A stretch of 33,293 nt of DNA. It comes from Chloroflexota bacterium. GTDB taxonomy: Bacteria; Chloroflexota; Limnocylindria; QHBO01. Shown here one piece after another: positions 1-8,237 of the stretch. The stretch is from NCBI GenBank assembly GCA_040877645.1, contig JBBDNI010000012.1, forward strand, positions 1-33,293, given 5' to 3'. The number at the start of each line of letters is the position of its first letter. Positions within the stretch are counted from its first letter, which is position 1. The position numbers were made by a program, and so were the translations under genes. The notes under the pieces are model-generated. The model was given only the letters and a program-made list of their open reading frames with translations. It was not told the origin of the DNA and did no database searches.

Positions 1-1
1 C

Positions 2-1906
2 TCGCTCCTGTGCCTCTACCTGGTCGGCTGGTCGCTGGCGATCATCGTCCAGCGCCTGACGCATGACCCCGCCGTCCTGCGGCCCGCCAAGGCGGTCGAG
101 GACCTGGGCGCCTTCCTCCTCCCGGCGGCGACGCTGCACATTGCGCTGTCGCTCGCCGTCGAAGGACGCCGATCAGGCCTGCAGAACGCCGCATTGGTGG
201 TCACGTACCTCGTCTGCGGAGGATTGGCGCTGGGTGCAGTCTTCTTCCCGGACCAGCGCTTCAGCGTGACGCCGCCGAATTTCGAGCTCCCCGGCGTGCC
301 CGGCGAGGTCTTCGGGTGGGGATGGATCGCCGCGCGCATCCTCATCTTCGTCGCCGCCATCATCTGGATCGCGGCTGCGCTGCGGACGGCGGGGGGCGAT
401 CGCGCCAGGCGCCGTGGGCTGGTGGCCGCAGTCGCCACAGTGTTCGTCGGCGCCGCCGGTGGCGTGATGCGGTTCCTCCCCGGGCCGGCCGACACCGACC
501 CGTGGATCGGTGTCTCGCTCGTTACGCTCGCGATGATCCTGGCCGCCTACGCGGTCTTCGCCCAGGGCGTCTTCCTGGCGCCCGAGGTGGCAGGCAAGGC
601 GTTCCGCTACTCGGTGGCGATTGGGGTGGGGCTGACTGTCTATGTCGCGGCGCTGGTCGGATTGGAGCGCCTCTCCGAGGAGATCCTGGCGATCGACTTC
701 CCCGTGGCCACAGGGCTCGCCATCGTGATCACGATCGCCCTCTTCGACCCGATCGCCAATCGGGCGCGGGCCCTGATCGGAGGTGACGGTGACCGCGCAG
801 CGTCGGCACGGCTGCTGCGCGTACTGGGGCGCGACCTTATGACCGCCCAGCGACCGGAGAGCACGGTGCAACCGGCGCTCGAGCGCCTGACTCGCACGTT
901 CCGGCTCACGGGAGCGCAGGTCGTAGGTCCCACGGGCGCGAGCCTGGCACAGCACGGCGCCGCTCCGCAGGAGAGCGCGCTGGCGGTAGGCTTTCCACTC
1001 GAGCGCGCCGGTGTCGCTCTGGGCACGGTGACCTTCGGACCGAAGCGCTCGCAGCTGCCCTTCACGCACCGCGAGGTCGAGATCCTCTCACTGGCGGCGG
1101 GGTACCTGTCGACCTCGCTGGGGCTCGCGGACCGGGTGGAGGAGCAGGCTGAGGCGCTTACCACCCTCGAGCAGGAGCGCACCACGTTCGAGTCCGAGGG
1201 CGAGGCCCTGCGCCAGGCGCTGACCATGACCGCTCCCCCGCCCTCGACCATCCACGTCTTCGCGCTGGGGCCGCTGCGCGCTGAGCGCGGCGGCACCCTC
1301 ATCGGCCAGTGGGGAGGCGCCAAGGCCGGCACGCGCCAGGCAGAGGCGATCTTCGCGTTCCTCTTCGACCGAGGCGAACGCGGCGCGTCGAAGGACGAGA
1401 TGGTGGAGCTGATCTGGCCCGATGTGGATCTCGAGCGCGCCGACCTCGCCTTCCACCGCACGCTGGGCGGGCTGCGCTCAACACTCAAGCCGGGCCGAGA
1501 GGGTCGCGACCGCGCCGGGGCAATCACCTTTCACAATGATCGCTATCGGCTCGACTCGGGACTGATCGAGTGGAGCGACGTGGTCGCCTTCGAAGAGCGG
1601 ATGGCCTCCGCAAGCGCGGCGACCGATCCCGCCGAGGCGCTCCTGCACCTCGAGCGCGCCCGATCCCTGTACCGTGGCGAGTACCTTGACGACTGCCCGT
1701 TCTACGGCGATTCGTCCTTCGCCGAGGAGCGGCGCGACTTCCTGCGCGGTCGCTTCGTCGACCTGCTGCTCGCCCTGGGCGCCCGATACGAGGCGCGCAA
1801 CGACCTGCCGGCCGCAGCCGCCTGCTACCGGCAGGCGCGGCAGGTTGCCGGCGAAGAGGTGCCGGTCGCCGAGGTCGCGCTCGATCGGCTCGGATCTGCG
1901 ATCTGA
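2..1906 (+). CDS. Membrane-bound regulator, 5' truncated: multi-TM sensor (HisKA_7TM-like), GAF-like segment, SARP-type winged helix and BTAD domain
   Basis: The frame of ORF 194..1906 stays open back to base 2 (SLLCLYLVGWSLAIIVQRL...). Many hydrophobic helices. The C-terminus has SARP/BTAD hallmarks: IHVFALGPLRAER, LIWPD, WSDVVAFE, ARSLYRGEYLDD. Confidence 0.8.
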   Translation, partial: SLLCLYLVGWSLAIIVQRLTHDPAVLRPAKAVEDLGAFLLPAATLHIALSLAVEGRRSGLQNAALVVTYLVCGGLALGAVFFPDQRFSVTPPNFELPGVPGEVFGWGWIAARILIFVAAIIWIAAALRTAGGDRARRRGLVAAVATVFVGAAGGVMRFLPGPADTDPWIGVSLVTLAMILAAYAVFAQGVFLAPEVAGKAFRYSVAIGVGLTVYVAALVGLERLSEEILAIDFPVATGLAIVITIALFDPIANRARALIGGDGDRAASARLLRVLGRDLMTAQRPESTVQPALERLTRTFRLTGAQVVGPTGASLAQHGAAPQESALAVGFPLERAGVALGTVTFGPKRSQLPFTHREVEILSLAAGYLSTSLGLADRVEEQAEALTTLEQERTTFESEGEALRQALTMTAPPPSTIHVFALGPLRAERGGTLIGQWGGAKAGTRQAEAIFAFLFDRGERGASKDEMVELIWPDVDLERADLAFHRTLGGLRSTLKPGREGRDRAGAITFHNDRYRLDSGLIEWSDVVAFEERMASASAATDPAEALLHLERARSLYRGEYLDDCPFYGDSSFAEERRDFLRGRFVDLLLALGARYEARNDLPAAAACYRQARQVAGEEVPVAEVALDRLGSAI

Positions 1907-1920
1907 CGCGGTCGGGAGGG

Positions 1921-2532
1921 CTAGGCAGGCCTTCGCGCCCGGTGGCGCAGGATGGCCTCGGCGTGCCGGCGCGCAGTCCCGAGCTCGTCGCGCACCAAGC
2001 CCACGGACAGGCGTCCCTCCACGGCAAGCCGGTCCAGCCGCCGTGTGATCTCGTCCCACGTCTGGCGCGGGTAGTCGATCCGGGGCGCGACCGCGACCAG
2101 GTCCCCAGCCGCGCGCAGCTGGCCGACCAGCGTGACTGGAACTCCGAGCCTGGCGGCCAGCGCGACGACCGGTGGCGGCATGACACCAGCCGCGCGCAGG
2201 GTTGCGAGCATCTCGTCCACGCGCTCGCGCATGATCGGATCGAGGGCCGGCGCAGGCCCCCGCAGCCGGATCCGGTGTCCGCTCCGCAGGAGCGTCCCGC
2301 TCGCGACCATCTCATCCACGATCCGTCGCAGGTCGGCGTCAGTCAGCGTCAGTGGCTTCCGGCCTCGATGCACGGACGCGCGACGCGGCTCCGCGTCGTG
2401 AAGCTCGGCCACCACGGTGTCCACGCGAACGTCCGGACGAAGCGGAGCCCGGCGCCCGGATCGGCGGAGGGCAGCCAGCAGGCGACGCTCGGCGAGCCGC
2501 CGCTGGGCGGGATCGATCGGGCCCTCGCTCAC
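1921..2532 (-). CDS. Stand-alone protein resembling the SelB C-terminal winged-helix domains
   Basis: PPPVVALA...LRAAGDLVAV...LSVGLVRDELGTARRHAEAIL parallels the SelB WH3/WH4 pattern (PP...L..G.LV...FRD.LG.SRKYA..LLE). No GTPase domain. Confidence 0.65.
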   Translation of the reverse strand: MSEGPIDPAQRRLAERRLLAALRRSGRRAPLRPDVRVDTVVAELHDAEPRRASVHRGRKPLTLTDADLRRIVDEMVASGTLLRSGHRIRLRGPAPALDPIMRERVDEMLATLRAAGVMPPPVVALAARLGVPVTLVGQLRAAGDLVAVAPRIDYPRQTWDEITRRLDRLAVEGRLSVGLVRDELGTARRHAEAILRHRARRPA

Positions 2533-2543
2533 GCGGGGTTGGC

Positions 2544-3065
2544 TCAGCCGGCGCTCGGAGTGGGTGGGGCGCCCTCGACCGCGACCCGGATCGCCTGCGC
2601 CTCCTCGTCGGAGAGGGTGTGCGTCGACGCCCCGCCCTCGACCGGCTTGGCGAAGAGGCGCGTGCCGCCCCGGCCGTGCAGGCTGCTGAGCACGACCCCA
2701 TCACGGCGGTCGTCGAGCAGCGCGATGGCGAAGCTCTGGTCCGATCCGGTGTCCTCGAACGGGTTGAAGCGCACCATCCCGACGTGCTGCAGGCTGCCGC
2801 GCGATCGAACCTCGAGGTACTCGTGCAGCTCGGAGAGCTTCTCGAGCCTGGCGCCGACCTCCACAACGCGGCTGATGTGCGCGTCGAGGAGCTGCTGGAG
2901 CGAGCCGCCCTCCGTGTCGCTGACCAGGGATCGGTACGCGCTGGTCGCCCGTCGCAGACGGGTCGCCTGCACTACCGCCACCACCAGCAGGCCGGTGACG
3001 ACAACCGCGATGACGCCCACGACGAGCGCCAGGTTGTCCACGAGGGTGCGGTTCAGGTCGGGCAC
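2544..3065 (-). CDS. DUF4446 family protein (N-terminal TM, coiled coil)
   Basis: Motif VGMVRFNPFEDTGSDQSFAIALLD...G.VLSSLHGR..TRLFAKPV..G.S...LS.EE. Start taken as GTG 3065 downstream of TATGAT (3081-3076); ATG 3080 is an alternative. Confidence 0.85.
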   Translation of the reverse strand: MPDLNRTLVDNLALVVGVIAVVVTGLLVVAVVQATRLRRATSAYRSLVSDTEGGSLQQLLDAHISRVVEVGARLEKLSELHEYLEVRSRGSLQHVGMVRFNPFEDTGSDQSFAIALLDDRRDGVVLSSLHGRGGTRLFAKPVEGGASTHTLSDEEAQAIRVAVEGAPPTPSAG

Positions 3066-3146
3066 GGGCGCTGGTATCATACCGCCCCCATTCGGCTTCC
3101 CAGCCGATCGGAGCATGCCGGCAGAGCCGGCGCAGCAGGAGGACCG

Positions 3147-3515
3147 ATGGCTCGACGAGGCGGCAAGGCGGCCAATCGCCGCGACCGCCAGCGACGTGCC
3201 CAGCGGCGCGCGCTGCAGCGCCCGGCCCCGACTCACCGCCCGGTCAGCGGCACCGTCTCGGAGGCCGTCGATGCCGTCGCCGAGCAGCGCGCCGCGGCTG
3301 CGCCGGTGGCCCCCGCCACCCAGCTGACCCGGGGCGCTCGCTCCGACCCCCGCTTCGCCGTCGCCGGCCCCTCTCGCCTCGGCGAGCGCGCCGCGGCCGA
3401 CTACCACTACGTGCGCAGCGACCTTCGCAACATCGCCGTCCTGGTCGCGATCATGGCCGTCCTGCTCGGTGCCGCAGTGGTCGCCTTCGGCGCCCTGGGG
3501 ATCGGTCCGAGCTAG
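3147..3515 (+). CDS. Small protein (122 aa) with Arg-rich N-terminus and C-terminal TM helix
   Basis: SD AGGAGG precedes ATG 3147. Sequence MARRGGKAANRRDRQRRAQRR...DYHYVRSDLRNIAVLVAIMAVLLGAAVVAFG. Confidence 0.8.
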   Translation: MARRGGKAANRRDRQRRAQRRALQRPAPTHRPVSGTVSEAVDAVAEQRAAAAPVAPATQLTRGARSDPRFAVAGPSRLGERAAADYHYVRSDLRNIAVLVAIMAVLLGAAVVAFGALGIGPS

Positions 3516-3532
3516 AAACCGGCGACGTTGCC

Positions 3533-3570
3533 AAAAAACGTTGACCGGCGGGACGCGTCCGCACTAGACT
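3533..3570 (+). promoter_or_regulatory. Sigma70-type promoter for the candidate large ncRNA
   Basis: A6 tract, TTGACC 3541-3546, 18-bp spacer, TAGACT 3565-3570. Confidence 0.75.
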
Positions 3571-3576
3571 CCGAGA

Positions 3577-4119
3577 TGCCGCTCCCACGACCCGCAAGGC
3601 CGTAATCTGGGGCGGACCGAAAGGAGATCCGCGGTGGCGATTCTGTCGCGACCCCGAGTCTCCGCCGGGTGCAGGTAACGTAGGAGACGGGGATAAGCTC
3701 CCGCCCCAAAGCGCGGCAGGCACACTGCCTCCGCCCGAGCGAACGCGAGAGAGTCAAAAGCCCAATCGGCAGTTCACTCGGGATCGTTACGGAGGAAAGG
3801 GTCAGCGGCGTCGAGGCAACGATCGGGACCGGCCGCACCACCTTCGGGTGATGTCAGCAATCCGATCGGGCCGTCCTACGGCTCCAGGTTCAGTGGCGTG
3901 GTAGCCACTGGGCGGCTCTGCAGACGAGGAGCCGCGAGAACCAGCTTGACCGGCACTGGGTGCCAGAAGGTCCGCACTGCTTACGCGGGCCCGAGGCCTT
4001 CAGCACCCGCAGTCAGGCGAGGCGTCCGAGGTTCGTTCGTCGCCGCGGGGTAATACCTAACGCTGATGAGCGAGTCGAGAGGGTCTGAGGTCCATGCGAG
4101 AAAGGGACCTCAGGCCCTC
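3577..4119 (+). ncRNA. Candidate large structured non-coding RNA of unrecognised family
   Basis: No credible ORF. Own promoter. Multiple nested helices, CC-GCAA-GG, CC-GAAA-GG and CACC-UUCG-GGUG loops, possible 5'/3' end pairing and a terminal hairpin. Confidence 0.7.
4079..4119 (+). terminator. 15-bp hairpin, probable terminator or 3' stabilising stem
   Basis: GAGGGTCTGAGGTCC (4079-4093) pairs with GGACCTCAGGCCCTC (4105-4119), with one U-G wobble on the + strand. No clear U tract follows. Confidence 0.6.
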
Positions 4120-4158
4120 ACGTCGTTCCTGGGCCACCGCCCCCATGACCTCGGTGCC

Positions 4159-4341
4159 TGCCATATTCACGCCCCATGAGCGCGGAGCGCACGCGCCTGT
4201 CCCCGGGGTGGCCATCTGCCCACCTCGTGTGAATGTGGCAGGGAAAGGCGCCTCGTCGCTGCCGTCTGCCCACATGGTGTGAATCTGGCAGCAAACGCAG
4301 CGCCTCACGCGGCATGGCGCTCATGGGGCGTGAATTTGACG
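4159..4341. repeat. ~182-bp MITE/REP-like element, copy 1
   Basis: Perfect 19-bp inverted repeat at 4165-4183 and 4317-4335. Internal 31-bp direct repeats at 4211-4241 and 4261-4291 (4 mismatches). Core motif GTGAATnTGGCA. Confidence 0.75.
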
Positions 4342-4376
4342 CTTGACCGTCGGCCGGGAGGCCCTGATCGTCCCGG

Positions 4377-4940
4377 CTACGCCGTCGCGGGACCGATGCG
4401 GAAGCTGAGCGCCGTCCGTGGACCGAACTCGGAGACCTCCAGCTTCTCGAGCGGCGTCTCCGCCAGCACGCCATCTTCGAAGAGGCGAAGGCCGCCTCCG
4501 AGGAGCACCGGCATGACGTCGATCGCGAGCTCGTCGACCAGGCCGGCGGCGAGGAACTGGCGGACGATGCTCGCACCGCCGATGACCAGCACATCGCGCT
4601 CGCCGGCCGCGTCCCGTGCCTGGCGCACGGCGGACTCGACGCCATCGGTCACGAAGGTGAATGTCAGGCGCTCGTCCTGCTTCGGCGCGACGGCCGGTGG
4701 ACGGTGGGTGACCACGAAGATCGGCACCTGGAACTCGTAGTTGCCGACGTACGCATCAGGGTCGCCCATCTCGAAGGCGCGGCGGCCCATGAGCACCGCG
4801 CCGGTCTGCGCGATATCGCGGGCCAGTGACTCGGAATCCGGGAGCGAGGGAAGGTCGGGGAAGAGCGCCTGAACGCTCCCCTGCCGATCGTTGACGAACC
4901 CGTCGAGCGACATCGTCATCCCGGCGACGACCTTCGTCAC
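4377..4940 (-). CDS. Dihydrofolate reductase / RibD C-terminal family protein
   Basis: MSLDGFV, GAVLMGRR.F, V.GG, AGLVDEL.I...PVLLGGG.RLF. SD GAGGAGG. Confidence 0.9.
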   Translation of the reverse strand: MTKVVAGMTMSLDGFVNDRQGSVQALFPDLPSLPDSESLARDIAQTGAVLMGRRAFEMGDPDAYVGNYEFQVPIFVVTHRPPAVAPKQDERLTFTFVTDGVESAVRQARDAAGERDVLVIGGASIVRQFLAAGLVDELAIDVMPVLLGGGLRLFEDGVLAETPLEKLEVSEFGPRTALSFRIGPATA

Positions 4941-4956
4941 GCTTGCACCTCCTCAG

Positions 4957-6318
4957 CTACGTGTCGCCACCGCCCTTGCGAGCCTGCTTGGATTCGAGCC
5001 GCTGTCGGCGCAGCCGTTGAAGCCGCTCGCCGATCTTGATCTCGAGGCCCTGATCGGATGGCTCGTAGAAGACGCGCCCGGCCAGCGCATCGGGCAGGTA
5101 CTGCTGGTCGACGTCGGCGTCGTCGAAGTCGTGGGGATAGAGGTAGCCTTTGCCATAGCCGTGCTCCCTGGCCAACCGGCGGTGCGACGACGGGCGCAGG
5201 TGCAGCGGGACCGGCAGCCGGCCGCGCTCCTCCACCTCGGCCAGGGCCGCGAAGTAGGCCGATCCCGCTCGGTTCGACTTTGGCGCGCTGGCGACGTAGG
5301 CGGCAGCCTGGGCCAGGGCGTACTGCGCTTCGGGCAGGCCGATCATCTCCACCGCCTGCATGGCCGCCACCGCGACCTGCAGCGCCCGCGGGTCGGCGTT
5401 GCCCACGTCCTCGCTGGCGGCGATCACGATCCGTCGCGCGATGAAGGTCGGGTCCTCCCCCGCCGCCACCATGCTGGCGCACCAGTACAGCGCCGCGTCC
5501 GGATCGTTCCCCCGCATCGACTTGATGAAGGCCGAGGCCGCCTCGTAATGCTGGTCGCCGACCCGGTCGTATGCGAGCAGGCGCTGCTGCGCCGCCTCGG
5601 CGATCGCCTCGCGGCTGAGCTCAGCTCCCTCCCCCACCACCGAGGCAGCCGCCTCCAGGATGTTCAACGCCTGCCGCGCGTCGCCGCCCGATAGCTCGAG
5701 CAGAGCGCTCATCGCCTCCTCGCCGAGCGCCACCCGGCCGGCGAGGCCCCGCTCATCGGCGATGGCGCGGACCACGATCTGGCGCACCTCGTCGGGGCCC
5801 AGCGGCTCCAGGCGATACACCCGCAGCCGCGACAGGAGCGGCGAGTTGATCTCGTAGTACGGGTTCTCGGTGGTCGCCCCGATCAGGACGATGGTGCCGT
5901 CCTCGACGTGCGGCAGCAGGGCATCCTGCTGGCTCTTGTTGAATCGGTGGATCTCGTCGATGAAGACCACGGTCATCGCCCCGCCAGCCCGCGCCGCGCC
6001 AGCATCGGCGAACAGCTTGCGCAGATCAGCCACCCCGCTGGTAACCGCGCTGATCTGGTGCCAGGCTCCGCCGGCCCGTTCGGCCAACAGCCGCGCGAGG
6101 GTCGTCTTGCCGGATCCCGGCGGACCCCATAGCAGGATGCTCGGCAGGTAGCCGGGCTGGACCACTCTGGTCAGCGCGCCGTTGGGGCCGGCCAGATGAT
6201 CCTGGCCGACGAAGTCCTCATCGGTCCGAGGCCGCATGCGAGCGGCCAGGGGTGCGGATGGCCCCCCATCACCGAAAGCGAACATCGGTTCAGACGGAGA
6301 ATCGGCACGCTTCGGCAC
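4957..6318 (-). CDS. rarA: Replication-associated recombination protein A (RarA/MgsA AAA+ ATPase)
   Basis: PLAARMRP, GPPGSGKTT, FIDEIHRFNKSQQDALLP, GATTENP, SAFIKSMRG, ASEDVGNADP, Y.YPHD. Confidence 0.95.
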   Translation of the reverse strand: MPKRADSPSEPMFAFGDGGPSAPLAARMRPRTDEDFVGQDHLAGPNGALTRVVQPGYLPSILLWGPPGSGKTTLARLLAERAGGAWHQISAVTSGVADLRKLFADAGAARAGGAMTVVFIDEIHRFNKSQQDALLPHVEDGTIVLIGATTENPYYEINSPLLSRLRVYRLEPLGPDEVRQIVVRAIADERGLAGRVALGEEAMSALLELSGGDARQALNILEAAASVVGEGAELSREAIAEAAQQRLLAYDRVGDQHYEAASAFIKSMRGNDPDAALYWCASMVAAGEDPTFIARRIVIAASEDVGNADPRALQVAVAAMQAVEMIGLPEAQYALAQAAAYVASAPKSNRAGSAYFAALAEVEERGRLPVPLHLRPSSHRRLAREHGYGKGYLYPHDFDDADVDQQYLPDALAGRVFYEPSDQGLEIKIGERLQRLRRQRLESKQARKGGGDT

Positions 6319-6372
6319 GGTGGTCCGAATGGTAGGGCCGGGGTCGTCAGCACGCTAGCGATAGCCGGGGGT

Positions 6373-7065
6373 CTAAGCGCGGCGCCGTCGTAACAGCCAG
6401 GTGAGGGATGTCCCGCTGATCACCCCCGCAATGCCCGCGCCGGTCGCGCCGATAAGGTAAGCCGTTCCCGTGGGCCCGCCGGCTGCCTCGTCTACGAGAT
6501 TGATGATGGCCCAGCCCATCGCCCATGCCAGGACGCTGGCCAACACCCACCATCCCGCCTGTGCAACGTGGCGATGCAGGACCACCCATTGGGCCATGCC
6601 AAGCGAAGCCCCGATTGCCGACCCGCTCAGGACAAGGCCCACGGTGCCGGGTACAGCTTGGACAAAGGCGTCGCCCACTGCCTTGCCGACGGCAAAGCCG
6701 ATAATGGTTGCCAGAACCCACCAGCCTGCCCGGTTGATGCGCCGTTTCAGGGCAAGCCATTGCAGTACACCGACTGAGATACCGATCACCGCTCCGTCTG
6801 CCGAGAAGGATTCCACGAAGTCCTTCAGGGCTTCACAGATGGCAAAGCCGACGATCCAACCAACGGTGGTTGCCAACGCCCACCACAGCCAAAAGGCCAA
6901 TTCAGCTCGTGTGAGTCGAGCGCCCAGCGCATCCATGGGTCGGCTGCCCGGTGGCGGCGGTATGCACTCGGTCCCGGTCCTGGGGGCTCTGGGTGGGGAT
7001 GTCATGTCGTTAAAGCCCGCCGGGATTCCAGGGCCGTCGACATCGCGGCCGTCATGTCGAGTCAT
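6373..7065 (-). CDS. Multi-pass membrane protein of unknown function with repeated W-rich hairpin units
   Basis: SD GGAGGA before ATG 7065. Repeated units QWLALKRRINRAGWWVLAT and QWVVLHRHVAQAGWWVLAS. Confidence 0.7.
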   Translation of the reverse strand: MTRHDGRDVDGPGIPAGFNDMTSPPRAPRTGTECIPPPPGSRPMDALGARLTRAELAFWLWWALATTVGWIVGFAICEALKDFVESFSADGAVIGISVGVLQWLALKRRINRAGWWVLATIIGFAVGKAVGDAFVQAVPGTVGLVLSGSAIGASLGMAQWVVLHRHVAQAGWWVLASVLAWAMGWAIINLVDEAAGGPTGTAYLIGATGAGIAGVISGTSLTWLLRRRRA

Positions 7066-7191
7066 CGGCGTCTCCTCCAGTGATTGATCCCACATCTTCA
7101 CGCTGGCCAACGTCACCCTGCCCGCCACGCCCAAAGGCGAGGCAGGGCCGTCGCCCGGAACGGCCCCCACCTGCTGGGTGCGTCTGCGTCA

Positions 7192-8025
7192 TCAACGCAG
7201 CCTGACGCCTCTCTCATCGGAGTCGAACCCACAGTCGAACTCGCCGCAGGCATACGCGAACGCCTCCACCGATGCGCGACCTCCCTTGAATTTGCCAGTA
7301 ATGCCGGAGATTTCGATGCTCCAGGGCTGAGGCGTCCCGTCACACGCGAATGCTTCCGGAGCCAGGTACCCTGATCCGAGGACGGTGAACCGGCCAACGG
7401 CCTGCGTGAGATAGACATCGATCTCCGTGAAGAATGCCTCGCCGGTGCAGACGACCGTGCCCGTAATGGTGGCGGAGCCGGTCGCCCTATTGAAGACACC
7501 ATGCGGGTCGATCGTGAGGTCGACCGATGCAGGCGGCGGCGCCGCGGTGAGCGAGAAGACCAGTAATCCGCCTGTCGCGTCCGGGTCGCAGCCGATCGCT
7601 GCCGCCGCCACCTCGTCGACGGTAAAGCACGCGGCAACCATGAAGTAGTACGTGGTAGCTGGCTCGGTGGGGAATTGCGCGCCGCCGAAGCCGCAGGCCA
7701 CAATCGCGTCGCCCGTCGGCGAGCCCGCCGTCACGGTGATCAGGGTTACGTAGTCGCTTTCAGCCGTATCGGCAAGAAGCGTGACCGGGTCCGCGCCGGT
7801 GGTGAAGGCGTACCACACCGAAGCGTTCGATCCGGCGCCGAAGCAATCCGGGTCAGATGGATCCGCGGTTGCCTCGGTCGTGTCGAGCGAATCACTGAAC
7901 GGCAGACTGTCGATGACGGTCGGCGAGCCGGCGTCGTCGTTGCCGGGCACCGCTGCCAGCGCCGGTCCCGCGAAAGCGAGGCTGAACATGGCGACCAGGC
8001 TGATGAGTACTGCTAGGCGTTTCAT
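7192..8025 (-). CDS. Secreted acidic beta-rich protein of unknown function
   Basis: Signal peptide MKRLAVLISLVAMFSLAFAGPALA, then PGNDD and SVWYAFT motifs and several Cys. Confidence 0.8.
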   Translation of the reverse strand: MKRLAVLISLVAMFSLAFAGPALAAVPGNDDAGSPTVIDSLPFSDSLDTTEATADPSDPDCFGAGSNASVWYAFTTGADPVTLLADTAESDYVTLITVTAGSPTGDAIVACGFGGAQFPTEPATTYYFMVAACFTVDEVAAAAIGCDPDATGGLLVFSLTAAPPPASVDLTIDPHGVFNRATGSATITGTVVCTGEAFFTEIDVYLTQAVGRFTVLGSGYLAPEAFACDGTPQPWSIEISGITGKFKGGRASVEAFAYACGEFDCGFDSDERGVRLR

Positions 8026-8237
8026 GATGCTTCTCCCATGGAGTCTTCCCGCTTGTGTCGGTGCTCACCGAACGCTTCGGTCAGGACCGTGCGCGGCGGT
8101 CGCCGTGCGTACGCACCATGGGACCCACGGACCGCGGCGCGACGGCGGCGCGACTGCGGCGAGACTGCGGCGGCTGGCGCGTGCGAGGCCGGAGGCTGAT
8201 CCGGCATCGGTCTCTTTCGGCCGATTATGATGCGAGC

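Noticed and set aside
3790-3803. GGAGGAAAG resembling the RNase P RNA P4 5' strand
   Set aside because: It continues GGTC rather than TCC. The other RNase P signatures (GTGCCACAGAAA, ACAGAA...CGGCTTA) are absent on both strands.
4063-4103. CTGATGAG...GAAA suggesting a hammerhead ribozyme
   Set aside because: No stem II closes between CTGATGA and GAAA. The GAAA lies in the loop of the terminal hairpin.
3451-4308. Short ORFs 3451..3723, 3512..3841, 4057..4308 and 4094..4282
   Set aside because: No SD or leaderless signal and no recognisable protein features. The promoter, tetraloops, helices and repeats explain the region better.
4211-4341. 50-bp periodic repeats as a mini CRISPR array
   Set aside because: Only 2-3 degenerate units with ~19-nt gaps, an inverted terminal unit, and no cas genes in the window.
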